DNA from: Candidatus Aenigmatarchaeota archaeon
GTDB lineage: Archaea; Aenigmatarchaeota; Aenigmatarchaeia; GW2011-AR5; JACRAC01
Direction of reading: 5' to 3'
DNA length: 39,235 nt
Assembly (NCBI GenBank): GCA_016219465.1
Contig: JACRMW010000021.1
Coordinates: forward strand, 1-39,235
This document shows, in pieces, positions 17,450 through 24,500 of the stretch; position 1 is the stretch's first letter, and each line of letters begins with the position of its first letter. A program made the translations under genes and the position numbers. The notes below the pieces were generated by a model that saw only the letters and a program-made list of their open reading frames with translations, was not told the origin of the DNA and did no database searches.

Positions 17450-17746
17450 ATGAAAGGAAAAACTATAGCAGTTTCTGTCATTGCAGCGATTGCATTGATA
17501 TCAGGAATAGCTTTTGCCAGTTCCCAGATGACAGGTGCTGAAATGAACGATCATCATGCGCAGATGCACAGAGGTGAAGCAGGGGCAATGAATGAGATGT
17601 CAGGCATGCATGGAAACACAATGAATAGCATGAGTATGGAACAAATGCGAGAGATGCACAATTCAATGCATGGCGAGGATTTGACAAACGAAGAGTTTGC
17701 AGATCATCATGCATCGCACAGCGCAGGCTGTTCAATGATGGAATAA
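17450..17746 (+). CDS. small secreted Met/His-rich protein (possible metal binding)
   Basis: Signal/TM segment, then repeated MH/HxxM motifs (HHAQMH, MSGMHGNTMNSMSMEQMREMHNSMHG). GAGGTGA lies 5 nt upstream of the ATG. Confidence 0.5.
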   Translation: MKGKTIAVSVIAAIALISGIAFASSQMTGAEMNDHHAQMHRGEAGAMNEMSGMHGNTMNSMSMEQMREMHNSMHGEDLTNEEFADHHASHSAGCSMME

Positions 17747-17840
17747 AATAGAGAGTTTTGAATAATCCATTGACAATTCAAATTCCTCAATATTCCTTTT
17801 TTTTTATTTTCTAGAATTATGTCCAATTCAGTTGGTATAT

Positions 17841-18650
17841 TCACTTTCTAAGAAATGCTGATTTTATAAAATCTCTGCTAAATCCTTTTGGAAGCTTTTT
17901 CTTTGTTGCATAATTGTAAAGTGCTGTTATGTAAATCCCATCCAGGGCGCTTGTGATTAGGTATAGGATTATCAATCCTATCACCACTAGAATGAGCATG
18001 ATTATAAACAAAGCAAATATCCCTGTAAATAGCGCCAGTAATACTAATATGATTCCTGCCAATACTCCTAATACAAACAATGATCCTATTGAGAATTGGC
18101 CTATAACAGACTCTCCCCAGGTTTTCTTGAATATTTCGCCAGACCTCTTTATAGCAGAGAGACTGTTTTTCTTTTCAAATATTATCACAGGTATTGTGAA
18201 CAGTGTTAGAAATGACCATGCAAATGCTATTACATATGATATTATTTTTGCTATCAAGTTGTCTCCTTCTGCTATTGACCTTAATATCAAGCCAATTGTC
18301 GCATTTATCAATGCCCAGATTATGAGCTGGGGCAGGTTTTTCAGTGCAATGCCAATTCCGTTTGAGAATCTTGAATCCTTGCCATTTAACCGCATGTTTG
18401 CAGATGCCATCAGGCTGGCTGTAAAAAATACCCCTATTATTGAAGCTATGAAATAAAAGCCAATAAATGCCCAGAATATTCCTGATGCGCCTGCTGTCAG
18501 TATAACTGGAACAATCATTGCAAAGAACAGCATGATTATGATAATGCCAGAAACAAGCGGATAGAGCAATAGCTCCTTATCTTTTTTCAGAATATCCCAG
18601 CTCTCTTTTATAAGCTGTATGCTCGCTGTTAATCTTGAGAAAAATCCCAT
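17841..18650 (-). CDS. polytopic integral membrane protein, unknown function
   Basis: About 6 hydrophobic helices. ATG (MGFFSRL) at 18650. Confidence 0.6.
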   Translation of the reverse strand: MGFFSRLTASIQLIKESWDILKKDKELLLYPLVSGIIIIMLFFAMIVPVILTAGASGIFWAFIGFYFIASIIGVFFTASLMASANMRLNGKDSRFSNGIGIALKNLPQLIIWALINATIGLILRSIAEGDNLIAKIISYVIAFAWSFLTLFTIPVIIFEKKNSLSAIKRSGEIFKKTWGESVIGQFSIGSLFVLGVLAGIILVLLALFTGIFALFIIMLILVVIGLIILYLITSALDGIYITALYNYATKKKLPKGFSRDFIKSAFLRK

Positions 18651-18764
18651 AATTACCATATATTCTTTACATTTAAATCAATTAAAAACTCTTGCTGCCT
18701 GGGTTCTGGAATTGTCTGGCTGCTTGATGGCGTGGATTCATCCACAATCTGAGCCATTGTTGCA

Positions 18765-18955
18765 TCAGCAGCAGCACCTGAACTGTCTATGTTTGCTGTA
18801 TGCTCCTTCTAGTCCTCGATCAATGAATCTACATATCCAGCTATAAACTGTGTGTCGTGACCTTTCAAGGTCATTTGCTATTTTATCAATAGATTTTCCT
18901 TGTCTTCTCTTAATAGCCGCTAGTAACCTGATATTATGGAATCTGTATAATTTAA
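18765..18955 (-). pseudogene. remnant of an IS630/Tc1-like transposase N-terminal helix-turn-helix
   Basis: My translation: FHNIRLLAAIKRRQGKSIDKIANDLERSRHTVYSWICRFIDRGLEGAYSKHRQ, then a stop. No start codon and no catalytic domain. Confidence 0.3.
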
Positions 18956-19041
18956 AAGTTTAATAATTAAAGTCCTCTAGTATACTTGGTTTGCTATAAG
19001 GAAGAAATGAGTGCTAAGGTAGTTCATATTTAGAATCTGAA

Positions 19042-19311
19042 TCATACAGCAATAGTCAACAGACCTTCTACTTGAAAGATGCCTTCTTCTGTTAATGTGA
19101 GTTGTCCATTCTGCTCTCTTACTAGATTGATCTTTTCAAGATCTTTTAGGCCTTCAAGAGACTCTTTGCCGAATTTCTCAGTAATATCACTGATACTAAT
19201 ATTTGGATTGTATTTTGCTAAATAGAGCAATATATCTATGTTTTTGTTTTCAAGAATTATATTCTTTATATTTGCAGCCTCATAGTATAGCTTTCTTAAT
19301 TGCTCTCCCAT
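19042..19311 (-). CDS. small winged-helix DNA-binding protein
   Basis: 89 aa. ILLYLAKYNPNISISDITEKFG...LEKINLVRE fits a wHTH pattern. Confidence 0.5.
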   Translation of the reverse strand: MGEQLRKLYYEAANIKNIILENKNIDILLYLAKYNPNISISDITEKFGKESLEGLKDLEKINLVREQNGQLTLTEEGIFQVEGLLTIAV

Positions 19312-19355
19312 GTTTTCACCATATATTTATTAACCATAGGTCTGAATATAAGCTT

Positions 19356-19832
19356 TTATTTTCTTGGTATTCTATTCAAAAGTCTTGATGCCCATGGCTT
19401 ATAATTCGGATTTTGCAATCCTTTTCCTTTGCATGCCTGTTTTTGTATAATCTCAGCTAATCTATACATTCTGAATCTGGAGAATACTAGAACATTGTTA
19501 ATAGAATCACATTCTTTATAGACTATGATTGTAGGAAAATCTTTGATATATGAACAAGGATTGTTTCTCAGAGAATCAAATTTCTCTCTTTCTATAAAAT
19601 AAAGGATCTTACCATGGAATAGATAATTATCAGCTAAGTAGTTCTGTTCTGTTAATGTGCCTTTTCCTTCACCATCAATAAAAATAATAAGCTGATGATT
19701 TATACAGCAAGTTTCAAGTATAGACAAAGGTGTCAACCCGCCCTTTTTATCAATATCATAGTATTTATCAACTGTCTCTGCATAAAGACCATTTTTTAGA
19801 AGACATGTTTTTATGTCGCATAATTTCTGCAT
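19356..19832 (-). CDS. hypothetical alpha/beta protein (loose resemblance to nucleoside 2-deoxyribosyltransferase/TIR-like folds)
   Basis: The track ORF 19356..20003 overlaps tRNA exon 2. The first ATG after the tRNA is at 19832 (MQKLCD). The motif LIIFIDGEGKGTLTEQNY is reminiscent of the D-x-G-T-x-x-E pattern. Confidence 0.4.
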   Translation of the reverse strand: MQKLCDIKTCLLKNGLYAETVDKYYDIDKKGGLTPLSILETCCINHQLIIFIDGEGKGTLTEQNYLADNYLFHGKILYFIEREKFDSLRNNPCSYIKDFPTIIVYKECDSINNVLVFSRFRMYRLAEIIQKQACKGKGLQNPNYKPWASRLLNRIPRK

Positions 19833-19943
19833 TTTTTCTTTTGTGTGCCAGTCACCAAGAATTAGAATCTTGAGACTGCGAATGAGAATAAGATAATCCG
19901 TTTCCTTTTTCTTCAGTTCATTTCTTATTTGTGAATTTCGTAA

Positions 19944-20409
19944 AGCCCCCGGAGGGAATCGAACCCCCAACCTTTTGATATCATGAAAATAGAATATTTT
20001 CATGATCCAGAAAAGCTTTTGCTTTTCTAGAATCTCAAAGAAGTGGAAGCTTCTTTGAGCATGAAAATACTCATTTACAATTCCGAGAATGTTTTATTTT
20101 CGGAAAACACTCGCTCATCACAAGATTTTGATACGTCATACCACCAGTCTTTTCATGGTGGACATGCGTCCACCTGAAAATTCAAGTCAATTTCATTGAC
20201 TATGAATTTGACCGATGGATACGTGGTCAAATATGATTTGACCCGAATCTTCAAAATGACATATTGTCATTTTAGAAGATACACGAAATCTTTTCACATT
20301 ATTATTTTTCTTGCTCGCAATATCAAATACAAGTCAAACGCTCTATTCTCCTCAAGCGAACGCTTTCGCGCTAGACACGCTCGCTTGAACCAGATTGAGC
20401 TACGGAGGC
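19944..20409 (-). tRNA. tRNA-Thr(UGU) with two introns: 43 nt in the D-loop and about 348 nt at the canonical 37/38 position
   Basis: Exons 20409-20388, 20344-20328 and 19979-19944 join to a 75-nt cloverleaf: GCCUCCG UA GCUC AAUCUGGUUA GAGC G UUUGA CUUGUAA UCAAA AGGUU GGGGG UUCGAUU CCCUC CGGGGGC U. All stems pair, with G-U wobbles at 4:69 and 50:64. No encoded CCA. Confidence 0.7.
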
Positions 20410-20748
20410 AAATCTCTGATTTGTCTCGTATCTTGAAAACCTTATTTGTTTTCAATCTACGGAGGCATTATCTGACTCACTTACAAATATATTATATTAA
20501 GGAATAAAAAGATATGTATAGTCGCAGTCATAACAAACTAGAACAATATGAATGGTTATATAGCAAGCAGATGTGATAGGCAGTGTTTTCAGTCTCCTGG
20601 AACAGGAATTTAGAAATGCTGATGTACTGCTAATGTATGATTGCTTCAGGTTGAGGGCTTATAAAGAAAATGAGAATCCATATACAGAAGTGACCGGCCT
20701 TGTGCAGCCTTTTGTGAAGTTATAAAGATTATTTGCTTGTTTCACTAT

Positions 20749-22329
20749 ATGCAATATGATATAATATTCATAAGCGGAGAAAAACTTTTTGACCATTCGC
20801 TATGCGGCATAGCAATTCTGAAGAAGCTTATGGAAAAGCGAGGATATTCTGTTGGTGTGATTGAAGAGCCTAAGAAAGAGTCTGATGTTCTGAAATTAGG
20901 AAAGCCCAGGCTGTTCTTTGGGATTGGGACTGGCTGTATAGATTCCATGGTAAGGAATTATACTCCGCTTAACAAGAAAAGGACTGAAATAGAAAGGCTT
21001 AAATTTGTCCAGACAATTCCTGACAGAGCTTTGCTAGTATACTGCAATTGGATAAAGAGACATTTCAAGGATTCTGTGCTTGTAATAGGAGGTGTTGAAG
21101 CTTCTCTCCGGCGCCTGACACACTATGACTATTGGGACAACAAGCTCAGGCGATCTATACTCCTTGAATCACGGGCTGACATATTAGTTTATGGATGTGG
21201 TGAAAAACAGATTGAAGAGATAACAAAGCGTGTCAGAGAAAAGAAGGATCTGAAAGGAATTGCAGGAACCTGTGTCAGATCAAGAGAGGTTCCAGATGGT
21301 TTTACAATGCTTCCAAGCTACGAAGAATTGTTAAAATCCAAGAACAATTTCTGCGATATGCAGAATCTTCTTTCAAATGATGAAAATCTTTGCCAAAAAA
21401 CAGACAAAAGTTTTGTGCTTCAATACAAAAGCCCTGTTTATACAACAGAAGATATTGATGAATATTATGGCTTGGATTTTACAAGAAAAGCTGTGGATGA
21501 CCGCACAAGAGGATTTGAATTCAGCATAGTCACTCATAGAGGATGCATAGGAAACTGCAATTTCTGTTCACTGCGGTTAACAATGGGAAGCAAGATAATC
21601 TCGCGTTCAGAAGAATCTATATTAAAAGAAATAAAGCATATCACAACACTGCCCCATTTTTCAGGAAATATAGATGATCTTGGAGGACCTTCTGCAAACA
21701 TGTATGGAATGGACTGCTCTGTGTGCAACAAAGACTGTATAAAGTGCCAGAATCTTGACAAAAGCCATAAAAAGTTGATAGAGCTCATGAAGAAAGCAAG
21801 GAATATTCATGGCATTAAAAAAATATTTGTAAGAAGCGGGGTACGATATGATCTGGCGCCAAAAGATTATCTCAAAGAACTTGTAAAGTTTCATGTTTCA
21901 GGAAAATTAAAGATAGCTCCTGAACACGTGAATATGCGTGTATTGCAGCTTATGAATAAAGACATGGGCAGTCTTGATGATTTTATAAAAGAATTCAATG
22001 AATTAAGCAAATGTGACCTTGGCTTTTATTTTATAACAGCGCATCCTGGTTCAACAATGAAAGAAGCGCATGAACTTGCAGATGCTGTCAAAAAGCTGAG
22101 AAATGCTGAATCTGTCCAGATATTTACCCCTACTCCTATGACAATCTCTACCTGCATGTATTATACAGGAATGAATCCAAGGACATATGAAAAAGTTCAT
22201 GTTCCTCTAACATACAGGGAAAAGAAAGAGCAGAAACGGGTATTGCTATTGCCAACTAATAAAACAAGTCAGGGTATATGGCAGGGTATATGGAAAAGAC
22301 AAGAATATACTAAATATATTAGAAGATGA
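20749..22329 (+). CDS. YgiQ/UPF0313-family radical SAM protein
   Basis: N-terminal YDIIFISGEKLFDHSLCGIAIL...GYSVGVIEEP (YgiQ N-domain) and CIGNCNFC (CxxxCxxC). Confidence 0.8.
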   Translation: MQYDIIFISGEKLFDHSLCGIAILKKLMEKRGYSVGVIEEPKKESDVLKLGKPRLFFGIGTGCIDSMVRNYTPLNKKRTEIERLKFVQTIPDRALLVYCNWIKRHFKDSVLVIGGVEASLRRLTHYDYWDNKLRRSILLESRADILVYGCGEKQIEEITKRVREKKDLKGIAGTCVRSREVPDGFTMLPSYEELLKSKNNFCDMQNLLSNDENLCQKTDKSFVLQYKSPVYTTEDIDEYYGLDFTRKAVDDRTRGFEFSIVTHRGCIGNCNFCSLRLTMGSKIISRSEESILKEIKHITTLPHFSGNIDDLGGPSANMYGMDCSVCNKDCIKCQNLDKSHKKLIELMKKARNIHGIKKIFVRSGVRYDLAPKDYLKELVKFHVSGKLKIAPEHVNMRVLQLMNKDMGSLDDFIKEFNELSKCDLGFYFITAHPGSTMKEAHELADAVKKLRNAESVQIFTPTPMTISTCMYYTGMNPRTYEKVHVPLTYREKKEQKRVLLLPTNKTSQGIWQGIWKRQEYTKYIRR

Positions 22330-22425
22330 GATTCTTGCGAAAAATGTCAATCTTTGGTTTGGAATGAAACGCATGAAACTCCTGTCTGGAATAGAATATT
22401 TGCTTTCTGGGGAATAAAAAGCATA

Positions 22426-22989
22426 TCATCTTCTGTAATCCATATCTTCTTTCTTTTTTGCAGGAACAAACATGCTGTATTTTTCATTGCCTTCCAGTTC
22501 CATCATGATCCTCTTTATTATAGCTTTCTTTGGATCTGGGAACAGTTTTACTCTTGCAACCATGTCTTTATATGATTCAAATGGCTTTTTCCTTCGTTCA
22601 TCCAGAATATCCTGTACATGCTTTTTTCCAATGCCTGGTATAAGCTCCAGCTGATGCATCCTTGGAGTTATCATGGTTGATTTGTTGAAGAATTCTATGA
22701 ATTTATTCTCATCTTCATCAACAAGTTTTGTCACTGTCTGTATAAGTATGTTTTTTGCATAGTTTGTGAGATCTGCATATAACAGAGATCTTTTAATATA
22801 TCGGATCTTATCCCTTGGGCCAGAACCAATATATATTTCTTCCTCTGGCTTTAGGTTAATTCCTTCGCGTGGAACAATCTCTAATAGAGTCATTCCTCTT
22901 CCAAGAACCTGCGCAATTGGCTCTACATGCCTTCTATCTGCATAGCCTTGCGGCAAGAAATCTAAAACTATACAAGTCTCTTCTTTCAT
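22426..22989 (-). CDS. DUF655-family archaeal protein (OB-like plus helix-hairpin-helix)
   Basis: VLDFLPQGY...EPIAQVLG...MHQLELIPGIGKKHVQDILDERRKKPFESY. Confidence 0.75.
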   Translation of the reverse strand: MKEETCIVLDFLPQGYADRRHVEPIAQVLGRGMTLLEIVPREGINLKPEEEIYIGSGPRDKIRYIKRSLLYADLTNYAKNILIQTVTKLVDEDENKFIEFFNKSTMITPRMHQLELIPGIGKKHVQDILDERRKKPFESYKDMVARVKLFPDPKKAIIKRIMMELEGNEKYSMFVPAKKKEDMDYRR

Positions 22990-23268
22990 GTTTGAACCCT
23001 CATATTATTCTTATTATGAATGAGTTTCAAACATAAGGCGAAACTTGTTTTCACCTCTCGTTTTTGAAACCCAATATTATTTTTGCGGTTTAATAAATCT
23101 TCAACTATTCACATAGCTAGAGATTTCATTGATAAAACCCCACTCTATCATTATATATGTCAAGAAGCTATTTATACCTGAATCTGACTTTATGGAAATA
23201 TATCTATCAAATTCAGGTTTATAGTGAAAACTGCCTCATCCAAACTCTAGAGCGTTTTCATTGTAGGT

Positions 23269-23352
23269 AAAGTATAGACTTTATCTTCATGGTGAACATG
23301 TGTTCACCTGAATCTGCAACATTAGTGGACTTTCGAAGAAAGTCCACTTTCT
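23269..23352 (+). repeat. composite hairpin element family H1, copy B (lacks the middle hairpin)
   Basis: aaagtatagactttatcttcatggtgaacatgtgttcacctgaatctgcaacattagtggactttcgaagaaagtccactttct. Confidence 0.9.
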
Positions 23353-23360
23353 TGGATATT

Positions 23361-23630
23361 CTAGAAAAACATCCAGATTAACATGAAGCTTATTATTATA
23401 GCTATTGCAGATAGTATTGGAAAAAGATATTTTAGATAGATTATTTGCTCTATATCCGGTTTTTCAAAAAAATACATGAAGAAAACAGGAATCGGCAGAA
23501 TCATGATCAATAAGAATATTGCATTATCCAGTGTATAGAATTCAGCTGGAATTATCAGGAGACTGACTATTATAGATACCAGGTATATTATCCCAATGAT
23601 CATAAAATAATTAGAATATTTGTTTTCCAT
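23361..23630 (-). CDS. small membrane protein (3 TM)
   Basis: Hydrophobic ORF with ATG (MENKYS) at 23630. Confidence 0.4.
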   Translation of the reverse strand: MENKYSNYFMIIGIIYLVSIIVSLLIIPAEFYTLDNAIFLLIMILPIPVFFMYFFEKPDIEQIIYLKYLFPILSAIAIIISFMLIWMFF

Positions 23631-23644
23631 TATTATTCCTCTAT

Positions 23645-24421
23645 TCAAAACTCTATCTTTTTTACGATCTTCTTTTCAGGCCCGATTATCTCTGCGCTCA
23701 CATGCACATATTCAGCAAGTCTTGAGAGCTTTATCTTGTTCTTCAATAATTCATCCACTTGATATATGCCTGCTGAGTTTGTCATGGATATTCTTATTTG
23801 TATAGGCTTCTGACTGCCAGTTCCCTCCACAATATCAATCTTTTGTATAGCAACTGCGCTGATTGCATGTATATTGTTGCCGCCTGTCTTGAATGGTATT
23901 CTTGCCCGGTCTTCTGCCATGTCAAGGCCGTCTGCTATGCGAACAATGCCTCCTTCAATAGTAAGCGGCTTGATATTTGAATCGTGGAATGTCATTGCAT
24001 GGAATATCTCGGCCATCATTATTACTTTTTTATCTTCCTTGTAATTCTTCAATAACTTTTCCAGAATAGGCTGGGCAACAACAATGCCATAGACATCATG
24101 ATGTTCCCTGTGTATTATCATACCAATATCATGAAGAAAAGCCGCAAGAACAACAACTATTTCTGCATCATGATTATCCATTTCAGCATAGTTGACTGAA
24201 ATGCTTGGTTTTACACCATGTTTTACCAGCATTCTCAATAGTTTTAGCGCAATATTAGACACTATCTTTGCATGAACAGGGCCATGATCAGAAAAACCCA
24301 ACCTGTCAACAGCTGTGATATTTGCACACCTCAGGACCTGTTCTATTTTTCTGTCTTTCTCAATCATGGCAACTATTTTCTTTAGTTTCTTGTTCTCTTT
24401 CACAGGAATATTGAATTTCAT
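23645..24421 (-). CDS. HD-domain metal-dependent phosphohydrolase
   Basis: SDHGPVHAKIV...LAAFLHDIGM...HREHH. Confidence 0.75.
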   Translation of the reverse strand: MKFNIPVKENKKLKKIVAMIEKDRKIEQVLRCANITAVDRLGFSDHGPVHAKIVSNIALKLLRMLVKHGVKPSISVNYAEMDNHDAEIVVVLAAFLHDIGMIIHREHHDVYGIVVAQPILEKLLKNYKEDKKVIMMAEIFHAMTFHDSNIKPLTIEGGIVRIADGLDMAEDRARIPFKTGGNNIHAISAVAIQKIDIVEGTGSQKPIQIRISMTNSAGIYQVDELLKNKIKLSRLAEYVHVSAEIIGPEKKIVKKIEF

Positions 24422-24500
24422 GACAATACTTAGTTTGCATTAATATAAATCATTTTTTCATTATATGGCCATTTCTTTCACATCCTACATAATCAGAATT

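Noticed and set aside
18619-18846. 75-aa plus-strand ORF
   Set aside because: It overlaps the start of the membrane-protein gene and lies antisense to the transposase-HTH remnant. It has no motif.
19833-20003. N-terminal 57 codons of ORF 19356..20003
   Set aside because: The first about 20 codons overlap tRNA exon 2 and an intron hairpin. No ATG or GTG lies between the tRNA end and 19832. A non-canonical start cannot be excluded.
20115-20121. GUGAUGA (C-box-like) within the tRNA intron, suggesting an intron-encoded C/D box sRNA
   Set aside because: No CUGA D box or C'/D' set lies at a suitable distance on that strand, and there is no terminal stem.
20196-20507. 103-aa plus-strand ORF
   Set aside because: It lies entirely antisense to the tRNA-Thr exons and introns and is built from hairpin repeats. 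It has no coding-like composition or motif.
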